64,000 nucleotides of DNA from Felis catus (GCF_018350175.1 NC_058368.1:183770001-183834000); one strand, 5' to 3'. Positions 46,237-59,559 are shown, numbered from the stretch's first letter. Notes: generated by a model not told the origin, from the sequence alone. A program made the numbers and translations.

Positions 46237-46534
46237 TTCTAGAATATTTTTTAATATGAAATTTATTGTCAAATCGGTTTCCATACAACACCCAGTGCTC
46301 ATCCCAATAGGTGCCCTCCTCAGCACCCATCACCCACTTTCCCCTCCCTCCCACCCCCTATCAACCTTCAGTTTATTCTCAGTTTTTTTTAATATGAAAT
46401 TTATTGTCAAATTGGTTTCCATACAACACCCAGTGCTCCTCCCAACAGGTGCCCTCCTCAATGCTCATCACCCACACTCCCCTCCCTCCCACCCCCATCA
46501 ACCCTCAGTTTGTTCTCAGTTTTTAAGAGTCTCT
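46237..46534 (-). mobile_element. Tandem dimer of feline L1 3' ends
   Basis: Two approx. 140-bp copies (AATATGAAATTTATTGTCAAAT..GTTTCCATACAACACCCAGTGCTC) within TSD TATGAAAGTTGTTTTT at 46221-46236 and 46535-46550. Confidence 0.95.
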
Positions 46535-47297
46535 TATGAAAGTTGTTTTTATGCTAAAACCTGTGCATGAACATTCCATCAGATTTATTCATGATACCCC
46601 CAAAACTAGAAACAACCCAGATGTTCTCCCAATGGTAAATGGTTAAACAAACTGTCATACAACCATACCATGGGATTCTACTCAGCAATAAAAGAGAATA
46701 AGCTATCAATACACAGAAAAACTTGGATTTTCCAAGGAATTATTGCTGAGTAAAGAAAAAAAAGGGCCAATCCCCCCAAATTACATGCTGTATGATTCTA
46801 TTCATATAACATTATTGAAATGACAAAATTATAGAAATGGAGAACAGAGTAGAGGCTGTCAGGGATTAGGGATGAGGTAGAGAGGGATGAGTAGGGAAGT
46901 AGGTGTGGCTACCTAAAGGCACCAGAAGGCATTGTGGTGATGAGATCATTTGTATCTTGCCTTTATCAATGTCAATATTCCAGTAGTGACATAGTACTAT
47001 TAGTTTAGACATATTGAAGGAAACTGGATAGAGTATAAGGGAATCTTCTTGTATTATTTATTAAAACTGCATGTGAATCTACAAATATCTCAAAATAAAA
47101 AGTGTCATTTAAAAGATTATTTTTATGCTCAAAAGTAAGGCTATTAAGTGCTGTATTTGTGCAAATTTATATTTGATTAAAAATATAAGTCTAAACAGTG
47201 TGTTTAATTAAGAACTGAGATAACTTTTTTTAAGTCTATATATGGCTTAAAACCATTTAGTAAAATTATGTTTAGTGCATTTGGAATTGTAGAGGCA

Positions 47298-47521
47298 TAT
47301 TTTTAAAATTTTTATATTTTTTAATTTTATTTATTTATTTTGGAGAGATAGAGACAGCACAGGTGGGAGGGACAGAAAAAAGGGAGAGAGAGAATCCCAC
47401 ATAGGTTCTGTGCTGCGAGCTCAGAGCCTGACATGAGGCTCAAATTCACGAAACTGTGAGATCATGACCTGAGCTAAAACCAAGAGTCAGAAGCTTTACT
47501 GACTGAGCCACCCAGGTGCCC
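47298..47521 (-). mobile_element. Carnivore SINEC
   Basis: Reverse head ACTGAGCCACCCAGGTGCCC and T-rich tail. Confidence 0.94.
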
Positions 47522-47876
47522 TGAGTCATAATTTTTAATAAATTAAATATTTGAGAACTCAGGAAAAACAGACTTGAAATTGTAGCCAAAATTCATTTTT
47601 TATTAGTTCTATGCCCTAGGTAACTACTTGGCATATAACAGATTTTCAAATATTTGAGGGGGTTGAGAATAAGAAGGAAATAGCAGTGCTGGTGGTGATA
47701 ATGGTGGTGGTGGTGGCAATGACCATGGACTAAATTTTGGGATTAGACATACAGGGTTCATTTTGCAAGTCAAAACTTTTTTGTGTATGGCAATGAGGTG
47801 ACTAGAGTCTAGAATTAAGATTATGTCTAATTGTGGTTTTATTGTTATTTTTTTACAAGTATTTTTTACTTTAATG

Positions 47877-48090
47877 AGGTGCCTGGGTGGCTCAGTTGAT
47901 TAAGCATCTGACTTCGACTCAGGTCATGATCTCAGAGTTCCTGAGTCCCAGCCCCTTGTTGGACTCTTTGCTGACAGCTCAGAGCCTGCATCCTGCTTCA
48001 GATTCTGTGTTTCCCTCTCTCTCTGCCCCTCCCTTGCTCATACTGTCTCGCTCTCTCTCAACAATAAATAAAATATTAGAAAAAAAATTG
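47877..48090 (+). mobile_element. Feline SINEC
   Basis: Head, CT tract and tail. Confidence 0.94.
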
Positions 48091-48157
48091 AAATCCACTT
48101 CATGATCTTTCCTTAAATTAGAAGTGTTTTGTGAACATTGTATCTTTCGTTGTTTTC

Positions 48158-48369
48158 CTTTTTTTAAAATGTAACTTATTTTTATATTTTAGAGAGAGAG
48201 AGAGAGAGAGTGGGGGGAGTGGGGCAGAGGGAAAGAGAGACAGAATATCAAGCAGGCTCCACATTCAGTGCAGAGCTCAACATGGAGCTCAGTCCCATAA
48301 CCCTGGGATTGTGATTTGAGCAGAAATCAAGGGTTGGGTGCTCAACCGACTGAGCCACCCAAGTGCTCC
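48158..48369 (-). mobile_element. Carnivore SINEC
   Basis: Reverse head GACTGAGCCACCCAAGTGCTCC and GA tract. Confidence 0.93.
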
Positions 48370-48579
48370 TTTGTTTTTTTGTTTTATTCTTAAGGTACCT
48401 TGTAAAAACTAATCTCACTTCTGCTACAAACTCAAATTCAGTCTTAGTGGTATCTTTGGTATTTTCTCTTTTCCAAACTTTCTTTAAATACCATACTGCT
48501 ATGCTGAGGTCTCCTTAATATATTAACAATTTTTGGGAATTAAAATTTTAAGCAAGCAATAGGTCATTTAACCCATACA

Positions 48580-48583
<4 letters not shown>

Positions 48584-48621
<38 letters not shown>
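48584..48621. repeat. (GT)n microsatellite
   Basis: Pure GT run. Confidence 0.95.
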
Positions 48622-48622
<1 letters not shown>

Positions 48623-50203
48623 GTGAATTCTCATGAAACTATGTCTATTAACATGTTTGCCAATTTCTACTGAAGGGTCCAACTTCTCTTAGAAAAAGAA
48701 ACAATCAAAATTATAATCTTGTACAAGTTAGACATCTTTGGTTTAACATGTTTAAACATGTAAAACAAATGTATATTTGGAAATAACATTTTTTAAAAGT
48801 GGGGTGGCAGTTTAATATTTTCTCTTTCACAAAATCATTGCCAACAAACCTCCAGTAGCAAAGCACCTTTTATGTTGTATGCTAATTGAGAATTCTCAGT
48901 CTATCAAAAAGTGACAAAAGTGTACTGAGTTCATACTAATTATGGCCAAATTATACCTAGAGGTAAACTTATCCTTTTTATTAATGACTGATTTTCACCT
49001 GCTGCATTGTCCTGGTATCTGAGACATGAACCAACACATTATGTGTTGTAAATTTGGTTTGCAAATATGCACCTAAGGTGGGAAACTCAGCAAGGTTTGA
49101 TAAACAGACTGTTTCCTGTCTAAACATAAAGTTTATGTTGGTATTTAGTACAACATGAAATGTCTATAAGGTGCCCTTGGGCAGGAGCTCTTTGTTAACA
49201 AGCTATCAAGCTTAACTGGGATAACCTGTAGGAAATCTTTACTAAACAAACACAAGCCAGTCAATTCTTGGGAGATGCTTGCATGTATCAGCATGACACA
49301 GTCATTGTCATCTTTAAAGACTAATCCCTAAGCTACTCCTGGTGGTATTCTGATTGTTGTTAGTCAGTTCAAATGTCATAAAACATCCATTTGTCTTCCT
49401 AGTCTAAATCCCATTTTCTTACACCTGTTAGGATTTTTTTTCTTTTATGCAAAAACTAGTCTCCCTTGAATTTAACTTAAAAGCTGTGTGCGCTCCAAGT
49501 CCAATAGCTTGAAAAGGTAGAAAAACATGTGGTAATTTTCAGCTAACTTTCAATAAACTCTGAATGATAGAAGCATGCTGAGTTGAAGGCTATATGAAAC
49601 ATGAGAAGAATATTGATCATTTATCTGTTATCTGGCTTTTCCAGCAATTCTTGGGAGGTTTATTGCTGGGGTAGAAGCGGGGGTGGCAGTAGAAGCCCTC
49701 CTTTTGAGTGAAGATTGGGTAAAATGTTGACCTCTCTTTTCTGAACATTATTAAAATGTCCATAAAAGTAGAATCTCCTCACTATTGCAGCTTCCTTGGG
49801 ATAGTATCTTTGAAGGGAGGACTCTGTTTGACAAAATCATTAATCAATGCTAAAATACCAGTTTCTACTAGTCCTGACCCTGGTGAATATTCTATGGAAT
49901 TGTCCACTTGAAGGCTTCTAGGTTTCTAATTAACACATGACGTGTTCTGGAGCGTGGATGCCTTTTTGATGCTCTCCCTTGCAGTCCCACAAAGTGATTT
50001 TCATATGTATCACATTGCCCATAATCTAATTCTAAGCATCCTCAAGTACCTTCTGATTTAATGCTACTTTTATGTGGTGTAGATATAGACAGGAGAACTG
50101 ATTTTATTCATATTGATGATATAGATATGTATCCTTCAGAACAGACATTATGTAAGAAAGTCAAATATACTTAAATTTTTTGAACCAGTAGTCTACTTTC
50201 TTG

Positions 50204-50206
<3 letters not shown>

Positions 50207-50249
<43 letters not shown>

Positions 50250-50283
50250 TATATATATGTATGTGTATGTATGTGTATGTGTG

Positions 50284-50323
<40 letters not shown>

Positions 50324-50333
50324 TGTGTGTGTC

Positions 50334-50364
<31 letters not shown>

Positions 50365-50365
50365 C

Positions 50366-50397
<32 letters not shown>
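50207..50397. repeat. Compound (TA)n/(CA)n/(TG)n microsatellite
   Basis: About 190 bp of alternating purine-pyrimidine units with a recurring (TG)nTC(TA)n higher-order unit. Confidence 0.95.
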
Positions 50398-51183
50398 AAA
50401 CTTTGTACCTTAAAGAAACTAAATACAAGGATATGTTTAATTTTGTTTACTTCTTTTAGGAAACTGAAATGTGACTAAGTCAGATAGCCCTTTAATGTGA
50501 TAGTCATCATTCTTCACATTGGGAAGAATATTTTTATGAACATTAATCTAAATAAATATTTGTATTACTTTCATATTACTGTAAGTCATCACAGATTCAT
50601 TTCATAATAAAATTGTGGCATAAGATCATATTTTAGCATGTTCTTAGAGGCTAAAGAAATATAAAAAGTATGATATGTTTATATTCAAAATTTACATAAT
50701 ATATGTAATATATATTTGGGGTCATTTAGAATCCTGTTTATATTTATTATATTAAATAATTACAACTACATGTTAAATATGCTCTTAAATTACAAGATTG
50801 TGGAACCTACAATTTCTAACTGTGTCAATGAAAGCTTAGTACTTATCCAGGTGTCTGAGTTTTCTGAAAGTGGTCCAGAGAAAGTAATGTTTTAAAATAA
50901 TGTTTCAAATGTCCACATACTTTTTCAGGCTTAAGATATTAAATAAAATTTTAATATCCACATTAATCCTATAATTCAGGAAAAAATTGAATAATACCAA
51001 ACCAAAGCTTATTCATATTACAAATTTAAGAAAACTAGCCAAATGTATTAATAAAAAGTGTCGCTTGGATGAAATCATATTGATCCTTTAAAATTTGTAG
51101 ATAATTAAATGTTTTGTCACTTGAATAAAATGATAAATGCCTTCCATACCCTTAATCTATTATTCAGGTAAGATTTGGGCAGT

Positions 51184-51377
51184 GTTTTTTTTTTCCTCGT
51201 TTTTCTTTTTTTTTATTTTTAGAGAGGGGGAGAGGGGAGAGGCAGAGAGAGAATCTTAAGCAGGGTCCACTCTCAGCATAGAGCCCAAAGCAGGGCTCAA
51301 TCCCACAACCCTGGGATAATGATGTGAGCCAAAGTCAAGAGTCAGATACTCAACTGACTAAGCCACCCAGGCATCCC
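51184..51377 (-). mobile_element. Carnivore SINEC
   Basis: Reverse head CTAAGCCACCCAGGCATCCC. Confidence 0.93.
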
Positions 51378-51924
51378 TGGACATAATTTTTTTCATAGCA
51401 ATACCTTACCAAATCTAATCCGATTTTAATATTTATCCTAAGAAAATAAACTTCATTGCTTAGAGAATGCAAAAACATTACTTTTCCAATGTCTCAATCA
51501 CAGTTATAATGCCCCAGATATGGGAAGGTGGGAGTGAATATTCTATGTAAGACAAAAGTGTAATATTTTTTTTAATCCCAGTTGGGTTTACATCATTTTT
51601 GCAGAATGAATTGTAATAAAGCTTTGCTGGTCAACAAATTTACTTGGTCAGAGGGAATCTCTCTGTTGAGAATTTTACATAAAACCTTAGCCAAATCATA
51701 TAATTATAGTAATAATTATAACACTGTCCATGAATTAGATTAAGAAACATGTATTTTTAGACCATAAAGATCTATCCATACAATTTTGTTCAAAGTTAAC
51801 AAGTACCTCATTTGGAAACTTGATCCTTGACTTTCTCTGACCTCGGATTCCATTTTAAACCAAAAGATTTCCTTAACAGTAACTTTTTCAGAAATTTATT
51901 GTAAGTTAGAGCTGGTATTTATGG

Positions 51925-52390
51925 GTAGATGATTCACACAATAAATATTTATTGAACTCTTTCTACCCAACTGGCATCAGGCATGGCACTACATATGTAG
52001 AAGAAAGATGTGTCCTTCCCTGATGGAGTTTCCACTTTGGTGTAGAAGTCTGCCTCTAAACAAATAATCATTCAAATATATAGTTTATACATAAACTGGA
52101 GAATATATGAGAGAGTATAACAGAAACAATGATGTCAATTTGGAAGTCTGAGGAAGTAAAGATGAGGAATGCATTGATGTGGCCAGCTGGAGTTTGGACA
52201 AGAGAATTTCAAGAACAGGGAATGACTTTGTGGGTTTCCTGAGGCAGGAAACAGCTATGCCCACTTGGAAGCCCAAGAGCAGAATGAATCAATAGAGCAG
52301 GATCCCTCACAAGAGGAATGAGGTTAGAGCTACACAGAAGTCAGGACATGCCAGGTGTTAACAGAGCCTACTTCACAAGTGTAGCAGAGT
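51925..52390 (-). mobile_element. L2 3' end
   Basis: ATTCACACAATAAATATTTATTGAAC...GGCATGGCACTA...TGTCCTTCCCTGATGGAGTTT antisense L2 terminus. Confidence 0.75.
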
Positions 52391-53549
52391 CTATCAGAAG
52401 ACTATGAGTAAAGACTCAGTGTGGCTGGATGATTAGGTTACATTTCTGCCTTATCCAATTAAATCAGCTGTAGCAAGTTTCACCATTTTTTCTGGGTCCT
52501 ATAAAGGGCAAATTTCAGATACCTGTGCAAAAGGAAAGGAAATTCAGTTTATAAGTATCCTTTGGGTTATCAGTAGTTAGAACAGGGCTGGTGGATAATC
52601 CTTTCTAATCCTAGGGGTGGGGAGGCAGGCAGAGATTTTGAATCTGAGATGTTTCCAAATAATACTACTTTCCCACAAGAATTATTGTATTTGTGTGGTG
52701 ATACTTTACCTTACTGCTCCAGGCCAGGTAGCTTACATATGCATTTCAATTAAAAATTAAGCCTACAAACTGGTGGTTTTAAACTGGCATTTTAAACTAT
52801 AATTCTTAAGGTTAGAAGAAAGCATATTTCCAATAAGTCTTCCCTGTTGCCATGGAAAAAAGCTGTAATATTATAAATAAACAACAACCTGGGAGCTCAT
52901 TCTTCAAAACAGATTGAAGACAGATGCTAACATGTCAGCCAGAGCTGAGTACAAATCTGACATCATTCTGTACATCAAATGTTTACATAGATGTCATTTA
53001 AATGAGATTCTCATTATGTTAAATGAATATACAACATCGTTTCTCAGTATATGGCATGCAATAGAAAACCCAATTATTTTCTATTAAAAATGTTTTATCT
53101 TGAATGAGATTATGGTTTTCTGGTTAACCAGTACTTATAAGAACACTTATCCAGAAAATTTAGTTTCTACAAGATACAAGTTTGCTACAAGACATAATTT
53201 TCCAAATTTAATGTACCTGAAGTCAGGTCTCAGTTACATTTAAAAGTATCTTTTTGTTGGTATTATTTCAGTAAATGTATGATATCAGAAATAATATAGC
53301 TTACATATATTTGAGACAAATATTTAATTTAAATGGTCATTCTTGTCTACAAAATGACACTAGTCTTTATAACTCTGGGCCTTGATCTGTATATTTCAAA
53401 GGGGTGAGACTTTTGTCACCTTTCAAATTCAACATCAGCATTTTAAAAACTAATTTTAGCTGAGAAAAATTCACCCCAACAAATTAACTACCATCATTTT
53501 TTCATGCCCAACCTCTGTTCATGAACTCATGTTATTAATGAAATAGATC

Positions 53550-53760
53550 TGGCATGGAATTCAAACTAAAATTAGAACCCTGACCCTCTCGTTAACTATA
53601 TGTGTGATTGTCAATAAGTTATTAAATCACTCTGAGTCTTAATTTTTTTTTACTGTTAAGATGATAATAATAATGTACTTGAAAGAGTTATTATGGAAAC
53701 TAACCAGCCTAGGGCCAACGTGGCCCACTAGAAACACAATAAACTGTGGCTATTCTCATT
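53550..53760 (+). mobile_element. MIR
   Basis: TAACTATATGTGTGATTGTCAATAAGTTATTAAATCACTCTGAGTCTTAATTTT core. Confidence 0.75.
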
Positions 53761-53914
53761 AATAATAATGGGGACATCTGCACCTTTACTCCCTGAGTGA
53801 CTTTATGTACAAACAAGTCAGTTGTTTGAAAATCACTGTTTTAGAATCATCATGTCACTTACATGATAGTCAAAAAAGCATATAACTGATGTTAAGAATG
53901 AAAATAAACTACAT

Positions 53915-54655
53915 CTCACATGCATGATTGGTTACAATGCAAATGGTATGGGAACTCTGGAAAGCAGCTTAGCATTTCTTTAAAAACTAACATACACCTA
54001 CATGCACCCTACAAATACAGTCTTAAGTATTACCATACAGAAATGAAAACTTATGTTCACAAAAAAGTCTGTACATAAATGTTCATACTCAATGTCTTTC
54101 AACATGTAAATAGATAGTACATACATATAATGAGATCCTACTTAGCAATAAACAGCAACAAATTATTGATACTTGCAATGACTTCGGAATCCTCTCAAGG
54201 ATATTATGCTGAATAAAAAAAAATCTCAAAGAGTTTACATATTGCATTAATCCATTTACACAGTGTTCTCAAAATGACAAAGTTACAGTGATAGAGAAAA
54301 GGACAATAATTTCCCAGAGTTAGGGTTGAGACAGTATATAATTATTAAGGGGTAACATTAGGTAGTGTCTACATGGTGGGGGAACAGTTCTGTTTCCAGA
54401 TGACAAAGAGATGGTGACTCAAAGCTACTCCTGCGATAAAATTTTCTAGAACATAAACAGACACACAGAAACGCACACAGAGTGCATGTAAAAACTGGTG
54501 AAATCTGTATAAGGACTGTATTTTCATTAACAGCACTGTGCCAATGGCAGGTCCCTGGTTCTGACAATGTACTACAGATATCTAGATCACTGTTAATGGT
54601 ATACTCAGGGACTCCCTGCACTGTTTTGGCAAAATCTGTTGAGTCTTAAACTACT
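53915..54655 (+). mobile_element. Ancient L1M (L1MC/MD-like) 3' end
   Basis: ACTCTGGAAAGCAGCTTAGCATTTCTT, GAAATGAAAACTTATGTTCACAAAAA, GAGTGCATGTAAAAACTGGTGAAATCTG. Confidence 0.85.
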
Positions 54656-54867
54656 TTTACTTTTTATAAAGCATTTAACTATGTGAATACAGCATCAAGA
54701 GCTTTAGTTTCATTTGCTTCAGTGACATCTTTTGCTAGCCTTGGGAAATAGTCTGATATTTTTTTAATGCTATAAACATTAGTATAGACATTAGTTTTAT
54801 TTTTTAAGAAGAATTAAGAGTTAAAATTGAATTAGAGTAATTTAGAAGCCCTTAAAATAAAAGGTAT

Positions 54868-55034
54868 ATTTATTTATTTTTAAATGTTTATTTATTTGAG
54901 AGAGTAGAGTACAAGTGGAGGAGGGACAAACAGAGAATCCCCAATGCAAGCCTCAATCTTGTAAACCCTGAAATCATGACCTGAGCCAAAATCCAGAGTC
55001 AGACACTTAACTGACTGAGCCACCCAGGCACCCA
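54868..55034 (-). mobile_element. Carnivore SINEC with internal deletion
   Basis: Reverse head CTGAGCCACCCAGGCACCC and T-rich tail. Confidence 0.92.
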
Positions 55035-55391
55035 GAAAAAAAATGAAATAAATTCTTTGTTACTCATATTCTGCAGTCTAAAAAGTATAAAAAAAACTAC
55101 CAATAAATGATTTATTAATGCAAATTTCATTGATTTATGTTCTTGTTTTAGTTCCTAAATATAACGAAGTTTTTCCTGAATTACCATCATTCTATGTGTT
55201 GAAACTTACTAGGGGACTTTAAATAGGGAGAGATACTGACTATAAAATGTAGTCTCAATGTACACAATAAATTATTTTTCAAATACAATCCAAAAGTGAT
55301 GACTCATCTTGATGATGATGGTGAATTATGTAAATCTATATCTGTATCCATATCTAAACCTATATTTATATGTATATCATCTATATCTATC

Positions 55392-55852
55392 TGTCTTGAT
55401 TTGGTTTCCTGAGAAACAAACTCTAAGACAAGAATATCAGGGCAAGTAGTTATTTTGGAATGTCATCGTTGGCCACAACTTTACGGGAATGGGAAACAAA
55501 CTAGGGAAGACAGCCAGTCGGGGTTAATATTTTAAGCAAGTTACTGTTGTGGTTAAATGGAACCAAATCCTTCTAGAGAAATCTGGGACTCAGTATAAAA
55601 CAAGTGCTCAGAGTTATCCAACCTGAGGGGTAAGAAGATGGATACTTATATATCAGCTTCCATTGGTCTTTGGTTAAAGCTGCTTTTTGGGAGATGGTGA
55701 TCCTGCTTGACCCATAGGTAATAAAGTAGCTAAGTGTCCAGAGAAAGCCCTCACACAGAGAATGCAAGTACTGATGATAGCTAGTTGGCACAGGTGCAGA
55801 GAAATGATCAAAGTGAGGGGATTTCACTAGGTCCCTGACAGCATCATCTACA
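55392..55852. mobile_element. Old MLT1 (I/J/K-like) solo LTR
   Basis: TGTCTTGATTTGGTTTCCTGAGAAACAAACTCTAAGACAAG start and GACAGCATCATCTACA end. Confidence 0.7.
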
Positions 55853-56647
55853 TATATCCTATATTATTCTGTATACATTGAGCATTTAATAAGTACTCAT
55901 TGAATTAATACATATATTAGTTAAGCCTGCAGAATGAATGATACACTTTTTTTTGTATCATAGAACTTAAGTACCTTAGATTTAATCTAATTTGATATAT
56001 CTTTTTTTAGATCATGTGATTTTAATACCCTATAAATCACATGATATCTGTTGCTTTAGTCAATCAACAAATAATTTCTCATTACTTGATACTATAGGGA
56101 ATAAAGTTGAGAAATGTGCTATCCACTAATAAGAAATATTTAAAACATTCAGGAGGAAATAGGTAAATCAGTAGGAGTTGACAGGTCTCACATATTCATA
56201 TCTCAAAAGAGCTCAAAAGATGTAATACTCCATAGCAAAAATTAATGAATTTTCCACCCATCTGTTAGATTTAGTGGTTTAAGGACATGGCAAGGTTATA
56301 GTACTCCCAGAGACAGGGATACTACTTCTTACTGAAAGTCAGTCTGCAGAAGTCAACAATCCTTTTGAAGGACTAAATTTTCAATGATCTGAAATTCAAT
56401 ATCAGTCACTCTTATTTGAAATATAAATACTTCATAGTCAATATACTTGTTTGAAACATTAAAGATGTTATTTCATTTTTTAAAAAATATTCCCCCAAAA
56501 CAAATGAAACTTAATATTAGACTATTCAAGTTAGTAAGTAAATAAGAGTTTGTGTGAAAGAGAAGCTAAAATCTTTTATGTAAGAAAATCAGGTGCAGAA
56601 ATTGGCCATTTTTTCTTATTTGTCTATCAATAATAAAAGGGAGGCAT

Positions 56648-56897
56648 GGAGCACCTGGCTAGCTCAGTCAATTAATTGTCCATCTTTGGTTCAGGTCATG
56701 ATCTCATAGTTCATGAATATGAGGTCTGCATGGGGCTCTCAGCTCTCAGTGCAGAGCCTGCTTTGGATCCTGTCTCCCTCTCTCTGCTGCTCCCCAACTT
56801 GTGCGTGCATATGCTCGCTCTCTCTCTTTCTGTCTTCCTGTCTCTCTCTCTCTCTCTCTCTCCCTCTCTCTCTAATAAACATTTTATATATAAAAAA
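56648..56897 (+). mobile_element. Carnivore SINEC
   Basis: Head, long CT tract, tail. Confidence 0.93.
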
Positions 56898-58498
56898 ATG
56901 AGACAGGCATAACAAATTTTCTGATACTAGAGAAAACGTCATATAAGAAATGTCTAATGTGGTTCAATCATGATTCTAAGAAGGAGGAGGGAGGTTAGGA
57001 GGTCAATTAATGCAAAAAAAAAACTGTCCCTCTATCCCTTTATATTTCCTTTTATTTATAATGACCACCTAAAGTGAGACAAAAAGGCGAAAATTCAGGC
57101 TTAATTTTCACAGAACAGAATGATCTCAAGTAAATCCCCACTGTTTCTTCTAAGAAAACTGCATTTAGAAACAAAACTTCATTATCTAGCTAAAACTATT
57201 GCAAATCAGGTACAGGCAAGAAACTTTAAATATCAGATTAATGTGAAAAGGTTAAAAAACAGAACTGCCTAAATTTCTAAGTGGAAAATGGTTAATTACA
57301 TTGTCTCTTGTCATATTTGTTAAACGTTCAGTTTTGCACAGCACACAAAAAAGTGAAAGGGGACTTTTGATAAATTACTCCAGAAAATGTAATGGATCAT
57401 ATTTTGATTTAACTGGAATTTATAGTACCTTCAGTGATAATCCAATATTCATATTTTAATTTGTAGGTATGATCAGGACATACCTTTCATAAGCCTTTCA
57501 TTTTCTGTGAAAGAAAAACGCAAGACGTTGAATTTAAAGACGACTTATTAATCCTGGAATGGTTAGCCTGAGAAGATGAATAGAATGTGTCTTTTGATTT
57601 TTCAGCAGTGTTATTTTAAAATTCTCATGTAGGTCATTACTTATTCTAGAGTTGGATCAATCAAAGGGAGGTGAATCAGCAAGGCGCAAAAGAGGAAGCC
57701 ACCTTGAAATGGATTAAGTGAAATAATTGTGTGAACATATGGTCTGGAAATTAAATTGATTCAGCTAAACAAGTTATATTAAATAGATCAGGTAATTTTC
57801 AGGCATCTGGTCAGGTGATCACAACTTAAAGCAATTATACATTTTGAGACTTTGAGAAAAAGAGAGTCTACAGATATAGGGACCACAAAATGATAGCACA
57901 AAATGAAACTCAAGTTGTCAGTGATCTTTTTAAGAGTTTGTCCTTTTAAAAAAGGTACATGTAAAGATAAGGTCCCGGATGAAAGAATTCAGAGAGGTTT
58001 TCTAAATGAAAGTTGTCAGACATTTAAGTTATCAATTCTTTATTCATTTATTTACTCACAGAAAAACAAAAATTTATTGAGCACTAACTCTCTTTAGGCT
58101 CATTAAAAAATGTCCTAGTTTTCAAAGTTCCTATATTTCATTGATTTATATGTATCAAGAGCAGAAAAATGGTGTTTTCTAAGTGATAAACTTTTGTCAC
58201 AGACTCTTCTTTGCCATAAAGAGATTTTTTCCTTTGTTATTGTCCTGATGTTTGAGCTTGATGTAAACTATACATTTACATATTGTCTCTCTTCACTTTG
58301 CCTACTGTTTCCAAATACATAGGTATATAAATATACCAAGAATGCAACTATTAGGTAACTTGCAAAGCATAGGTGATGTGTATTATATTCACAGGCCAAG
58401 AATGGCTACTGGTTTAATTTTCCAAAACTCAAGACATAAAATGTAGTAGGACTTTTTCATTTTTAGTATGACAGATAACTACCAAAAACTTTTTTTGT

Positions 58499-58684
58499 GG
58501 GGTGCCTGGGTGGCTCAGTTGGTTTACTGTCCAACTCTTTACTTCGGCTCAGGTCACGATCTCACGGTTCATGGGATCGAGTCCAGCATCTTGGGATTCT
58601 CTCTCTCCCTGTCTCTCTGCCCCTCCCCTGCTCCCTATCTTTCTCTTTCAAAATAAATAAACATTAAACTAATAAAATAAAATA
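58499..58684 (+). mobile_element. Carnivore SINEC with internal deletion
   Basis: GGGGTGCCTGGGTGGCTCAG head; AAAATAAATAAAC tail. Confidence 0.94.
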
Positions 58685-58980
58685 ATCTTTTTTGTTAAAC
58701 AATGTAATAAACTTATGGATAATTTTTTTATGCACTGTATTACATGAATCATGATTATCATGTATTCTTATTTTAAGGTTGTTAAAAATTGAGATTGTAA
58801 CTGTGCAAGTTAGGTGAACTACTTTAATATCTTAATCATAATGGTGTTTGAGTGGATGAAATTTCCTACATTAGTTTTAATGTAAATAGTCTTGGCATGC
58901 TGTCTTTAGAACGTAAGAAGTTCATTCATGTGAATTTTTGTTTCAATGTTGATTCATTAGAAAATATTTGTGCAATTCTT

Positions 58981-59205
58981 GGGGCGCCTGGGTGGCGCAG
59001 TCGGTTAAGTGTCCGACTTCAACTCAGGTCACGATCTCGCGGTCCGTGGGTTCGAGCCCCGCGTCGGGCTCTGGGCTGATGGCTCAGAGCCTGGAGCCTG
59101 TTTCCGATTCTGTGTCTCCCTCTGTCTCTGCCCCTCCCCCGTTCATGCTCTGTCTCTCTCTGTCCCAAAAATAAATAAAAGTTGAAAAAAAAAATTTAAA
59201 AAAAG
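58981..59205 (+). mobile_element. Young feline SINEC_Fc
   Basis: TSD AAA(a/g)TATTTGTGCAATTCTT at 58961-58980 and 59206-59225. Confidence 0.97.
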
Positions 59206-59559
59206 AAAGTATTTGTGCAATTCTTAGGGATAGTATGTCCCCGTGGTTACAATGGAAATGAGGCAAACAGTATGAAATTTTTGTAATTGTAGCAGGCAGT
59301 TTTGTTGGTTTATAGAAAATTAATTCATAGAAAAGAAATGAAAGGACCATAACCATAGTAGGCAATGACAGGTATAAGTGTTTTGTAAAAAGCTTCATAT
59401 TTCATAAAATGTCTTCTCACATGTTTTTGAGCTTTACGCCAACCGAGTGATAAAACTACACTATTCTGTGTACAGATTAAAAAAAAAAAAAAAACCACAA
59501 AACTCAGAAATCCTTGATTTTCCCAAGGATGTACATGACAGATAGATAGCATAAAAATA

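Larger units (their letters stand above)
44750..47105 (+). mobile_element. Ancient L1M (L1MC-like) ORF2 3' part and 3'UTR
   Basis: AAGATGTCAATTC, ACAAAAATTAACTCAAAATGGATCACAGACTTA, ACTGCATGTGAATCTACAAATATCTCAAAATAAAA; interrupted by a SINE and a young L1 dimer. Confidence 0.85.
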
